In this document: positions 1-10,500 of the stretch, piece by piece
How the letters are laid out: each line of letters begins with the position of its first letter
How positions within the stretch are numbered: the stretch's first letter is position 1
Origin: an uncultured Candidatus Poseidoniales archaeon
GTDB lineage: Archaea; Thermoplasmatota; Poseidoniia; Poseidoniales; CAYMED01
Direction of reading: 5' to 3'
Length of the DNA: 64,000 nucleotides
Assembly: GCA_964389655.1 (NCBI GenBank)
Contig: CAYMED010000002.1
Location: forward strand, 64,001 to 128,000
Notes under the pieces: generated by a model
Database searches by the model: none
What the model saw: the letters and a program-made list of their open reading frames with translations, nothing else
Told to the model about the DNA's origin: nothing
Translations under genes and position numbers: made by a program

Positions 1-233
1 CACTCGAAGAACGCCTTACTTCCTTGGTGGATGCCCGAGCAGCTGAAATGACAATTGAAGAAGCTGAAAAAGCTCTATCTGATGAAAATGATGATGTAAT
101 TCCCAAGGCAGATGAGGAATCAGAATCACAAGATAGCGAGACTAATGAGGATGACAAAGAAGACGGGTCCTTAGATGACATCAAATCCACCGAAGAAGCT
201 GAAGAAACAGATGAGGTTGACGAGACGTCGTAA
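1..233 (+). CDS. 5'-truncated CDS, very acidic C-terminal tail; product unknown
   Basis: Frame is open from the window edge (LEERLTSLVDARAAEM...) to TAA at 231-233; D/E-rich tail. Confidence 0.6.
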   Translation, partial: LEERLTSLVDARAAEMTIEEAEKALSDENDDVIPKADEESESQDSETNEDDKEDGSLDDIKSTEEAEETDEVDETS

Positions 234-253
234 GACCCCAGATCGGGTTTGCT

Positions 254-1102
254 ATGTCTCTAATCGCCATCGAAGGCCGCGCGCCGGCGCTCTCTTTTCT
301 TCTTAGCGGCTTTGCTGTATTTCTCATCGGCCGGATATTAGTCCAACCTTGGTCCGACCTTGCTATTGTGTGTGGGATTTTTCATTTTAGCATTGCAGCG
401 TTTATCGTTGCCTTTTTCCGCGACCCCGACCGCAAGACCCCTCTTGATCCCTCCACAATTATTGCTCCAGCAGATGGGCGCTTACTCTGCTTTAATTATA
501 TAGAAGCAATTGGCAGACGCCCCACTTCCCTGGAACTTGAAGAAGAAGAATTTGAACTAGATCCAATAAGTGGCCCTTGGTCTCCATTGGTTGAAAAAGA
601 TCCCCTCTGTTTTAAAAACGAGCAACGGTGGCGGAATCATGATCCTGAAATACCAGTTCCCAATTCAGTCATTCACATTGTTACGCACATGAGCCCCCTT
701 GATGTGCATGTTAATAGGGCCCCAATTTCAGGTAGAATCCGTATTTTAGAACACCGGACCGGATCTGGAAGGAAAAGGGGCCCATTTCGTATAGCAAAAC
801 ACAAGGAAGCAGAATACAATGAGCGCGTTCGGATTGTGATTGAAGGGGATAATGGATTTTTTGTTGAAGTAACTCAGATTGCAGGCGCTCTTGCTCGATC
901 CATATCTCCCGCCGTGCATATTGGTGAGCATGTGAAAAGAGGGCAGAGGATAGGGATGATTCGCTTAGGATCTAGAGTGGATGTTCGTATCCCGGCTGAT
1001 GCCTGTAAGATAAATCAAAACAACCTCATACCCAATGAATCTCTTCTACTAGCGGGTAGTAGCATTCTTGGGTGGGTCGTAAATAGAGATGAATCCGAAT
1101 AA
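254..1102 (+). CDS. psd: Phosphatidylserine/archaetidylserine decarboxylase proenzyme
   Basis: N-terminal TM helices, FFRDPDR, APADG, MSPLDVHVNRAP, NER, QIAG, and GSRVD pyruvoyl self-cleavage motif. Confidence 0.92.
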   Translation: MSLIAIEGRAPALSFLLSGFAVFLIGRILVQPWSDLAIVCGIFHFSIAAFIVAFFRDPDRKTPLDPSTIIAPADGRLLCFNYIEAIGRRPTSLELEEEEFELDPISGPWSPLVEKDPLCFKNEQRWRNHDPEIPVPNSVIHIVTHMSPLDVHVNRAPISGRIRILEHRTGSGRKRGPFRIAKHKEAEYNERVRIVIEGDNGFFVEVTQIAGALARSISPAVHIGEHVKRGQRIGMIRLGSRVDVRIPADACKINQNNLIPNESLLLAGSSILGWVVNRDESE

Positions 1103-1143
1103 ATGACCGGTACAATCGAGAAGGAGAGGCCTTTCGTCACTTC

Positions 1144-2280
1144 GTGCAGAAACGAAACACTCTCCTCAAAAAGAGTTCATCTCTCCGTCTACACGACCTC
1201 ATTAAAGCCCCTGAAAATTCAGAATCATCAATTGCTGCTCGGGCCACAATGAATCCTCGGCAACCAGTCACTGTATACAGATCTCCGGAGCGCCTTCCAA
1301 ACGGTCACTTTACAGAAGCATTAACAATTGTACTTCATACAAAGGGATGCCATTGGTGGTGGTCATCTGGCTGTACTTTTTGTGGATACTATAATGATAC
1401 GAGGGATGATATTGGTGCGGATGAACTTGAAGCTCAATGGGCGGCAGCATTTGACGAGGTTGATATGAGTGAGATTGGAATGCTTAAGGTCTATACATCT
1501 GGTTCATTGTTTGAGGACCGTGAGATCCCCCCTTCATTCCAAGATAAAGTTCTGAAAACAGCATCTGAAAATGATTTACACCTTATTGTTGAATCGCGTA
1601 CTGAGCAACTTACTGATGAAAAAATATTTCATGCCACTTCCATCCATTCAGATCTTTGTGTTGCAATTGGGCTTGAGGCACACGATGATGAAGTATTGCA
1701 ATTCCACATTAACAAAGGGTTCACCGTAAAATCTTGGAAGGACGCAGCAGTAAGGCTTCGCACCGCAGGCGTACGCGTAAAGACGTACCTCATGTTCAAA
1801 CCCCCATTTATGTCAGAATATGATTCACTTTCTCACTGCATTAAATGGGTAGGACAAGTGTCACAATATTCTGATGAGATTTCAGTCAATCCGATGAACA
1901 TTCAACGAGGAACCATCATTGATCGAATCCACAGGTCGAAGAGTTACCGCCCCCCTTGGTTGTGGAGTCTCGTGAGATTGATTAAAGAGAGTCATCCTAA
2001 ACTCAACCATTCTGGTAATTTCTCTTCCCGACTCATCGTCCACCCAACGGCGGCAGGAAAAACACGTGGCGCACACAATTGTGGGTCTTGTGATTTTCAA
2101 GTTGCCTCGGCAATTGAAACATACAGCATCGATGGCTGTTTAGATATTTTTGAAGAGCTTGATTGTAATTGTCGTCAAAGATGGATGGAAGAACTCGCAA
2201 TAGAATCCTCTTTACCCATCCCCCTCGGTTTTTCCCTCACACGCCGAGGAGGCTTTCGATACAGAAATCCCCTTACTTGA
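1144..2280 (+). CDS. Archaeosine biosynthesis radical SAM protein RaSEA-like (TIGR01210 type)
   Basis: Non-canonical CX7CX2C (GCHWWWSSGCTFCGY), KVYTSGS, VESR, AIGLE, KPPF, YRPPWLWS, C-terminal GAHNCGSCD and CNC; start codon uncertain. Confidence 0.85.
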   Translation: MQKRNTLLKKSSSLRLHDLIKAPENSESSIAARATMNPRQPVTVYRSPERLPNGHFTEALTIVLHTKGCHWWWSSGCTFCGYYNDTRDDIGADELEAQWAAAFDEVDMSEIGMLKVYTSGSLFEDREIPPSFQDKVLKTASENDLHLIVESRTEQLTDEKIFHATSIHSDLCVAIGLEAHDDEVLQFHINKGFTVKSWKDAAVRLRTAGVRVKTYLMFKPPFMSEYDSLSHCIKWVGQVSQYSDEISVNPMNIQRGTIIDRIHRSKSYRPPWLWSLVRLIKESHPKLNHSGNFSSRLIVHPTAAGKTRGAHNCGSCDFQVASAIETYSIDGCLDIFEELDCNCRQRWMEELAIESSLPIPLGFSLTRRGGFRYRNPLT

Positions 2281-2374
2281 GCATAAAAAATTCTGTTAAA
2301 CCTCCGGCAATGTTTATCGGAGCAACATGGGTCGTCATGACCGTCCTATAGGGGCCCACCATTGAGGACTGATC

Positions 2375-2668
2375 TTGAGCGACGGCAAGGAACAGACAAA
2401 CTTCGTTGCTGATGTTTACGTGGGCAGTGATGAGCCACCGATGGCATCAGTTGCAATGGCATTTAGCGTAATTTGCGCCTTTATCTCCCTTATGTTCATC
2501 TCTTTGGTGCTCGGGTGGGATCGCTTACCTGCCCTTGGCTCATTGATTTCGGTATTTTCTAATTTAACCACATCTGGCATATGGTGGTATCTGATTGGGA
2601 TTATTGGGGGTGCAGCTTTGCTGGTGGCAACTTGGCTGGGCGAAGTTGTTGGGAGGGGTGTAGAATGA
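2375..2668 (+). CDS. Small two-TM membrane protein, coupled to the downstream gene
   Basis: TTG start with GAGG upstream; two hydrophobic segments; stop overlaps next start (ATGA at 2665-2668). Confidence 0.7.
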   Translation: MSDGKEQTNFVADVYVGSDEPPMASVAMAFSVICAFISLMFISLVLGWDRLPALGSLISVFSNLTTSGIWWYLIGIIGGAALLVATWLGEVVGRGVE

Positions 2669-4806
2669 ACCTTCTTCTCCTATATGCTTGCTATCTTGTT
2701 TGGATGGGAATTGTAGCATTAGTTTGCTCAAGAGGTCTTGGTGCAGCCACAGCCGGGCTCAAAGACTTTGGTAATTTCATGCTTGAAAAAGCACCAGGGC
2801 CCTTGGTTGATTTGATTGAAAACCGGGAAGGCGCGGCTTCTCGCATCTGGATGATGCATGGAGCATTTTGGATGTTTATCGCTTCATCAATAACTTTTGT
2901 ATCAATGTGGTTAGAGCAGGACCCCAAGGCCCTAGACGCTTTCAAATCGTGGGGTTGGGTATATGATTCATCGGGAATGATGGCGGCGTCGCAGGTTTCG
3001 TTTGTATCCGGTGCAGCTTCGATGCTGCTTTTGGGCAGTGCATTCCATGTAACCGAGCGAATGGGTGGAACACGCTTAGTCGGTCAACGCCTTATTGCTT
3101 TGATATCGATTGCCTGGTCACTGCTCACAGTCATAGAGATCATTGCAGCTTTTACTCAATGGACCCACACTTCCATATTATTTCCCGGCCCATGGCAATT
3201 ACAAGTTGTTCATTTATTGTTATCAATACCAATTCTAGTATCATTTGGGTTAACCGGATCTGAGTCTGAACAAGGATCCCGTGACATTTCCACATGGTTT
3301 TTCACGATGGCATCTGCAGCATTAGTATGGGTTTATTGCATATCATCGGCACGTCCATTATTCAATACATCAGAGATTGATTGGCTCTTAGCGAAAGGAC
3401 TTGAGGGTTGGTGGCTATGTGGGCTAGCATTTGGCTTGTTGTCATACATTGTTCCACACAGTGGAACTGGAAGGTTGTGGTCTCGATCGTTAGCTAGCGC
3501 TGGTTTAATCGGTTTAATGGTCTGCATTGTTCCATTTGGATCCTCTATTGAAGTAGCCACCCCCGGTGGTCTTCTCAGGGCAGTTATGCTTTGTCTCATG
3601 GCTCTTTCCTTGCTTCCAATCACCGCAACATCACTGAATATCATTGCAAGTGGCCGTGCATCATTCGGGAAAGGCGGTGGGCCCGGTGTTGTGATTGGCG
3701 TCAGTGCCGCTCTTCTCTTTTTGCTCTGTTCTTTCGGAAGTATTTTCACAAGTGGTGATGCATTTGGTGGTAATGAAGGCTTGGAAGTCTTTAGTGTAGT
3801 TAGCGATCGTGCTTTCCATTATGGGGCCCTTGGAATTACAGCATTGGCAGCATGTTCTGTCATTTGGCCACAAGTAAATGGGCGTCACCTCTTACTCCCG
3901 GGACGCGCCCGAACTGCTTGGCTCATCACTCTTGGTAGCATCATATCTGCTACAGCAGTGGGTGTGGGGGTTGGCATTGCTTCTAAGGCCTTGATTGAAG
4001 GGGGGATTACAGAAAATATACTGCAGAACCCCTCGATTGCAAGTGCGATCCGTGTTGAATCATTTTTGTTCTATGGGGTGATTATTGGATCCTTGGCAAT
4101 GACTGTACAGATGATTACCACGGCCCACCGCGGACCAATCGCAGTTCCACGTGGCTTAGTCATTGAATCTGATGTTTCAGTACCAAGACAAATTGTACCT
4201 GCTGGTGAACACAGCATGCGCAGTTTTCTTTCAATGGGCTTAACTCTTGACACAATTTTAGATTTCAATCCAACCTCTCCGGTTCCAGATATAGGGACAA
4301 CAACCGTTAATCTCGAAGACGAGGAAGATGATGATGATAAGGAAGCGGATGAGGATTGGGATGAAGAAATCGTTCTACTCGCACATCATGTAAAGAGAAG
4401 TTCAATGTCTGTGTTTGAGATATTTCAGCGATTTGATATCAATGGGGATGGTGTCCTTTCTCCATATGAATTTAGGGAGGGTTTAGCTGCATTAGAGATT
4501 GCAAATTTAGATCCATGGGATATGGACCGCATAATTCGAGCAATTGATATCAACCGAGATGGTTCGATAGACCTTCCAGAACTTGATATATTGGTTGCTC
4601 GGATAAATAGGGCAGTTCCAATAAGCCAGCCCACTTCCACCAAAGAGAACCATGCAGTTCCTGTAAAGTCAGAAAACGAATCCCCACATACAGAATCTTC
4701 CTTGAAAAAGAAGACAAAGAACGAACTTGTTGAGATTGCAAACACCCTAGGTGTCTCTCCCAAAGGAACAAAAAGTGACCTAATATCTAATATCCTTTCA
4801 GTCTGA
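2665..4806 (+). CDS. Degenerate cbb3-type oxidase subunit I (CcoN)-like multi-TM protein with C-terminal EF-hand pair and SAP/HeH-like domain
   Basis: About 12-13 TM segments colinear with CcoN landmarks (FHVTERMGGTRL, ISTWFF, SYIVPHSGTGRLWSRSL, IWPQVNGR); DINGDGVLSPYE and DINRDGSIDLPE EF-hands; LKKKTKNELVEIANTLGVSPKGTKSDLI tail. Start placed at the ATGA overlap (ORF track 2581). Confidence 0.65.
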   Translation: MNLLLLYACYLVWMGIVALVCSRGLGAATAGLKDFGNFMLEKAPGPLVDLIENREGAASRIWMMHGAFWMFIASSITFVSMWLEQDPKALDAFKSWGWVYDSSGMMAASQVSFVSGAASMLLLGSAFHVTERMGGTRLVGQRLIALISIAWSLLTVIEIIAAFTQWTHTSILFPGPWQLQVVHLLLSIPILVSFGLTGSESEQGSRDISTWFFTMASAALVWVYCISSARPLFNTSEIDWLLAKGLEGWWLCGLAFGLLSYIVPHSGTGRLWSRSLASAGLIGLMVCIVPFGSSIEVATPGGLLRAVMLCLMALSLLPITATSLNIIASGRASFGKGGGPGVVIGVSAALLFLLCSFGSIFTSGDAFGGNEGLEVFSVVSDRAFHYGALGITALAACSVIWPQVNGRHLLLPGRARTAWLITLGSIISATAVGVGVGIASKALIEGGITENILQNPSIASAIRVESFLFYGVIIGSLAMTVQMITTAHRGPIAVPRGLVIESDVSVPRQIVPAGEHSMRSFLSMGLTLDTILDFNPTSPVPDIGTTTVNLEDEEDDDDKEADEDWDEEIVLLAHHVKRSSMSVFEIFQRFDINGDGVLSPYEFREGLAALEIANLDPWDMDRIIRAIDINRDGSIDLPELDILVARINRAVPISQPTSTKENHAVPVKSENESPHTESSLKKKTKNELVEIANTLGVSPKGTKSDLISNILSV

Positions 4807-4815
4807 TGATGTTCA

Positions 4816-6093
4816 ATGAGAATTGGTTTGGTTGGAAAACCAAATGTTGGAAAGTCAACATTATTCAGTGCACTAACTGAAACTCCCGTTGAAATAGCGA
4901 ATTATCCTTTCACAACAATTGATCCAAATGTGGGCGTATCATTTGTCAAATCATCTCAACCATGCCCATGCAAAATACGTAGGATCGGTCTTCAAGAAGA
5001 TGGCAGACTAGATTCTTCATCGCTAGATGATCCAAGGCAGGGAAGCCTTTGTAATCCCCGCACAGGAAGCTGTGTCAACTATCATCGTCGTGTTCCTGTA
5101 CACTTGATTGATGTTGCTGGTTTAGTCCCTGGAGCTTCAGAAGGCCGCGGAAGAGGGAATCAATTCCTCTCTGATTTAACACGTGCAGATTTATTGATTC
5201 AGGTGATTGATATTTCGGGCCGCACGAATCTTGAGGGGCAACCAATTGAAAATAACCCACCCGATCCCTTTTCCGAGCATCAATTCCTAGTTGATGAATT
5301 GGATGCGTGGATTTCCAGCCTGATTTCAGATGGTTGGGCTCGAATTGCTAGAAAGGCCCAGGGCGATGGAATTCGGGGAATTGAAAACGCCCTTATTGAA
5401 AAATTATCGGGGTTAGGTGCTAATCGCGCTAATATTCACTTTTCATTATCGAATGCTAAAGACACTCTAAATATGAATGAACCTTGGAATTGGAGCCAAG
5501 TTGAACTTAATTTCCTAGCCAAATTAATACGCCCTTCAATTTATCCAATCGTAATTGCCGCAAATAAAGCAGACGCAGCAGAAAGTGGTGCTGCTGAATC
5601 CCTTTCCTCAAAATTATTGGATCAGAGTATTCCAGTTATTTCAACGAGTGCAGACACAGAACTTGCAATATCCCGGGCACGTTCATCGGGGCTATTGTCC
5701 CTCTCCAATGAATCCCCCCGGCCCCAAATATCTCCTGATGCCGAACCGACTTCAGCCCAAGCAGCAGCCCTGACTCAACTAATTGACCGATGGGAGAAAC
5801 TTGGTGGAACTGGTGTTGATCAATTAATGTCATATGTGGTGTTTGACCATTTGGAACAAATAACGGTCTACCCTGTATCTGATGAAACACATTGGACAGA
5901 TGCAGATGGGAAAATATTGCCTGATGCGCATTTAATGATCAAGGGGAGCACAGCTCGTGATCTTGCTTATTCCGTCCATTCAGACTTTGGTGAGGGCTTT
6001 ATCCGAGCGATTGATGGACGAACAGGGCGCACATTGGGTGCCGAACACGAATTACTAGATGGTGATGTGATACGCATTCATGCCCGAACATAG
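4816..6093 (+). CDS. ychF: Archaeal YchF/Ola1-family OBG GTPase with TGS domain
   Basis: GKPNVGKST, NYPFTTIDPN, DVAGLV, GRGNQFL, NKAD, C-terminal TGS domain (STARDLAYSVHSD). Confidence 0.93.
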   Translation: MRIGLVGKPNVGKSTLFSALTETPVEIANYPFTTIDPNVGVSFVKSSQPCPCKIRRIGLQEDGRLDSSSLDDPRQGSLCNPRTGSCVNYHRRVPVHLIDVAGLVPGASEGRGRGNQFLSDLTRADLLIQVIDISGRTNLEGQPIENNPPDPFSEHQFLVDELDAWISSLISDGWARIARKAQGDGIRGIENALIEKLSGLGANRANIHFSLSNAKDTLNMNEPWNWSQVELNFLAKLIRPSIYPIVIAANKADAAESGAAESLSSKLLDQSIPVISTSADTELAISRARSSGLLSLSNESPRPQISPDAEPTSAQAAALTQLIDRWEKLGGTGVDQLMSYVVFDHLEQITVYPVSDETHWTDADGKILPDAHLMIKGSTARDLAYSVHSDFGEGFIRAIDGRTGRTLGAEHELLDGDVIRIHART

Positions 6094-6145
6094 ACTTTGC
6101 AATTTCAAGGATTTGATTAGAATTGATTATGGAGTGGAATAGAAC

Positions 6146-7573
6146 ATGACGAACCTTTCAGACGCAGCGAATTCTGTATTCAAGGCCTATGATATACGCG
6201 GCATAGCAGGCGAACCCCTAAATGCACACCTAGCTAAGCAGATTGGGGCTGCATTAGCCGTTCAAATTAGTCCTAAATCGATTGCCGTTGGGCGAGATAT
6301 TAGGGTGAGCAGTCCCGAATTAGCAAATTCCCTTATCGATGGGCTTGTGCATTCAGGTGTCAATGTGATTGACCTTGGTGTCGTCCCCACTGGTGCCATG
6401 TACCATGCAACTCATCATTTAGATGTGGACGGTGGGGTAATGGTAACTGCTTCACACAACCCACCAGAATATAATGGGTTCAAGATTAACAGAGGAACAT
6501 CTTCTATGGCGGGTGATGCGATTATTGAATTACGAGACATTGTTTCTTCAGGAAAAAAAAGTACAGGAAAGGGGCAAGTGGAAAAATATGACATTATTGA
6601 GGACATGCTCAATGCTATCGTTGCATCTTCAGGAATTCCAATGCGCCCAATGTCAATCGTTGTTGATGCTGGCAATGCGGTTCCAGGCCCAGCAGTTGCT
6701 AGGTTGATGGATTTATTGAATGTCAATGCTACATTGCTGTATTGTGACCCTGACCCCACATTCCCTAACCACCCTCCTGATCCTACGCGACCATCAAATA
6801 TGGTTGACCTTGCCCAAGCCGTGATTTCAGAATGTGCTGAATTTGGAATTGGCATTGACGGAGATGGCGATCGAATTGGAATTGTGGATGAAAGAGGCCA
6901 GTTCATTTCTCCAGATCGTTTACTTACCTTGTTTGCAATAGATACAATAGAGGTGGCACGCGCTAACGAACCAAATTCAGAACCTCCAATCATATTCGAT
7001 GTTAAATGTTCAATGAGCCTAGAAGAATCGATAATTGCAGCAGGGGGAAAACCCATCATGATGCGCACTGGCCATTCATTCCTCAAACAAGCACTCAAAG
7101 ATCTTCCATCTTGTCCCTTTGCGGGAGAAATGAGCGGTCACTTTTTCTTCAACGATAATTGGCCAGGATATGATGATGCACTCTATGCTAGTGCGCGTCT
7201 TTTAGAACTCGTGTCTCGAGATCCGTCTCCTGAAAATGGTGGCCCTACAATGTCCCAACGGCTTTCAATATATCCAAACTACCCCGCAACAGGTGAGGTG
7301 AAAATTCCCCTCAAAGGATTACGTAATGAATTGATGAATTCAATCATTGATCGACTTGATACATCCGGCGCTCGTCTCAATACAAGTGATGGCGTTCGTG
7401 CTCGATGGGCAGATGGGTGGTTTTTGTGCCGACCTTCAAACACGGAACCCATTCTTGTAATGCGGGCAGAAGGGAGAAGCAAAAAAATCCTGTTAGGTAT
7501 TGCGAAAGAGATTGAAGAAAAAATAGGTGATTTGGTGGATTTGTCCACATTTCTCTCAGATATCCCTGCTTAA
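6146..7573 (+). CDS. Phosphomannomutase/phosphoglucomutase
   Basis: FKAYDIRG, TASHNP phosphoserine motif, DGDGDR metal loop, GEMSGH, RPSNTEP. Confidence 0.95.
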   Translation: MTNLSDAANSVFKAYDIRGIAGEPLNAHLAKQIGAALAVQISPKSIAVGRDIRVSSPELANSLIDGLVHSGVNVIDLGVVPTGAMYHATHHLDVDGGVMVTASHNPPEYNGFKINRGTSSMAGDAIIELRDIVSSGKKSTGKGQVEKYDIIEDMLNAIVASSGIPMRPMSIVVDAGNAVPGPAVARLMDLLNVNATLLYCDPDPTFPNHPPDPTRPSNMVDLAQAVISECAEFGIGIDGDGDRIGIVDERGQFISPDRLLTLFAIDTIEVARANEPNSEPPIIFDVKCSMSLEESIIAAGGKPIMMRTGHSFLKQALKDLPSCPFAGEMSGHFFFNDNWPGYDDALYASARLLELVSRDPSPENGGPTMSQRLSIYPNYPATGEVKIPLKGLRNELMNSIIDRLDTSGARLNTSDGVRARWADGWFLCRPSNTEPILVMRAEGRSKKILLGIAKEIEEKIGDLVDLSTFLSDIPA

Positions 7574-7589
7574 ATGGACTTATTCGGTA

Positions 7590-10500
7590 TTATTCTTCGT
7601 GCTGTAACCAATCATGCACGCCAGGTCTTCTATACCAAAGGTTTCCACTACCTGCGGGGTGCTCCATCCATTCAATCCCACTTTCATCGACAATGACTGA
7701 ATCGTAAGCCTCTTCACCATATTCTTCTGCCTCTTCAAACGCATCCATGTCTATCCGGCCAGTTCGAAGTATTAGCACAAAGAGAACAGCCATACCAATT
7801 AACACAAAACCAGCAAGTGCGACAATAACGATGGCTCCACCCCCATTATTTTCTTCGGTCTGTGCCTGAGATGCTCGGCTTAGGCTTGCCTTTTCTCCAC
7901 TATTGGTGGTTGTATTTTCAGTACCTATATTACTCGATTCTGGCGTGGTCGAAGCACTATTGTCTTCTAACCCAGTAATGTCAGGGTTACTCGGGTCAGC
8001 ATCATTCTCATCAGATACTCCATCCCCATCTCTATCGGGACAACCGTACCGGTCGATCCAAGATGTCCCCTTGAATGCGGGACAGGCATCGGGTTCTATT
8101 CCATCCGGATTATCTCCGTAGTCATCCTCATCTCGATTTTCCCATTGTGTCTTTTCATTTGGAAATGCATCAGCTCCATCGGCCCAATGATCTCCATCCC
8201 CATCTAGGCACCCCAACAACCCTTTCGTTGATGTTCCAGCAACTTTTGGACAATCATCGAAAGGTGCAACCGCACTTGCAGCGAACTCAGGGTCGTCCCA
8301 ACCATCATTATCCCAATCTAATGGCCATTGGTCCGCATTATTTGCACCAGGGAGCCATTCACCAGGATAACTTTCAACTCTTTCTTGATGCCACATAGGA
8401 CTTCCATAATTATCTCCGAGCCCATCTCGATCGGTGTCATTCCACTGGGTTGGATCGTCGAAAAATGCATCTGCGCCATTATCTATCGTCCAATCTGCTG
8501 TTGGATTAGATGCCCCGTCCCCGTCCTGGTCTGGACATCCAAAGCGATCAATATACGATGTGCCATGCTCATTCACGCAGCCATCCGGCTCAAACCCATC
8601 TGCCTCATCTCCAAAGCCATCTCCATCCCTATCTTCCCATTGTGTGGGTTCAGATGGAAATGCGTCTATTTTGTTTGCACCAATTGATTGATTATCACCC
8701 CATCCATCCCCATCGAGGTCTGACCACTGAGTTGGTTCATTTGGTAGTGCATCAGATTGCGACGCTCCTTTTGTTTGATTATCACCCCACCCATCTCCGT
8801 CACTATCTGAGTGTTGGGTTGGGTTCATCGGAAATGCATCACCGAATGGATGATCCGACCACCCATCGAGATCAGTATCTGGGCAACCATATCCATCTAG
8901 TGCAATTCCTCCGGCTTCAAATGGGCATCCATCAGGTTGGTGGGCCCCAATATGGAATTGACCAATGACGGGAGTTTCTGATTCCCGCATGTCCGTCCAA
9001 GACGAATCAGCCCAATTATCTCCATATCCATCCTCATCCATATCAGCCCATTGTGTCTTTTCGTTTGGAAACGCATCGCCCCCATCATCCTTTGTCCACC
9101 CGCTATCAGTATTGGAATATCCATCCTCATCTGAGTCAAGACAACCTAGTCGGTCGGCCGAAGAAGTTCCCGCAATTGTCGGGCACGCGTCCCCATTATG
9201 TCCACCCGATTCATCGCCCCATCCATCCCCATCTGAGTCGGCCCATTGGGTGCCGTCCCCTGGAAATTCATCATTTGTATCAGCCCATCCGTCGCCATCT
9301 GAATCTACACATCCTAGAACATTACCTTTTGAGGAGGTTCCCGCAATTGTTGGACAGCTGTCAACATTATCCCCAAACCCATCCCCATCAGAATCAGCAA
9401 CCATGCGCCAAATAAATCCGTCAGACCCTCCGTTGTTTGTAAGAGTAAGATCACCAATTGTTGTTGGTGATGTTCCATTTCCGCCAAATAATCCCACAGC
9501 ATAAATAGTTCCAGAAGAATCAATTGTGATATCGACCCCTTGATCATCATTGGTGCTTCCAGTTGCAATAACTTCTGTCCACGCACCCGTGGTATCAAAT
9601 GATAGAATTAGGATGTCAGATCCGCCTTGAGGTGAAATTGTTTTTGTTCCAGAACCTGAAATTGGGATCGATATGGACGTACTATCAAAAGAGGCGGCAA
9701 ACCACACATCACCTGACGATTCTGCCTCAATACCATATCCGTATTCATCCCCTCCTCCCCCCAAACTCATAATCCAAGATGGATTTCCTGAAGTGGCAGT
9801 TATGGAAGCAACAAACAAGTCACTTCCTCCAGCATTTGATGCACTTTTTGATCCCAAATTTATTGACCCTCCATCATAGGAACCAGATGCAAATACATTA
9901 CCGGACGAATCAACTTCTAATCCTTCAATAGATTCATCCCCTGTCCCTGATATTTGGGATGTCCAACTAACCACTTGGTTGGATGGATTAATACGGACAA
10001 GAAGGGAGTCTTGTCCCCCAGTACTTGTATGTGATTTACCCCATATGTTGGCAGTTTCTTCAAAAAGAATTGAAATAACAGTTTCCTGCGAACCTATTTC
10101 TTCCATTTCAACACCCAAATCACCTCCCGCACCCCCTGCTGTTGAGATCCAAGTCCATGATCCAGATGTGGTAAGGCCCCCAAAAAACACATCAAGTGTT
10201 GTTTGTCCCGTAGCATCCGTATTCGATGTAATGGATTTTGATCCCACAGTCATGGTTTCAGCATACGTTCCTAGAACGACTACCTCGTTACCGATTAATT
10301 CCACATCAAATAATGCGCCAGCACCACCATTTCCGAAGGATGAAGTATCATATGGAATACTTTCTGCCCACGACCAAACACCGTTTGAATTAATTTTGGC
10401 AACCCACCCATTCAAGATCCAATCAGAGTGTCCTTGAATTGTTGTTGAACCAAATGTAGTGGATGGTGAGGTGTAGGTGGTGATGTCTTGACTATATCCA

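Noticed and set aside
2665-4806. Functional cbb3 cytochrome c oxidase
   Set aside because: Ligand histidines appear absent and there are no cytochrome c subunits nearby
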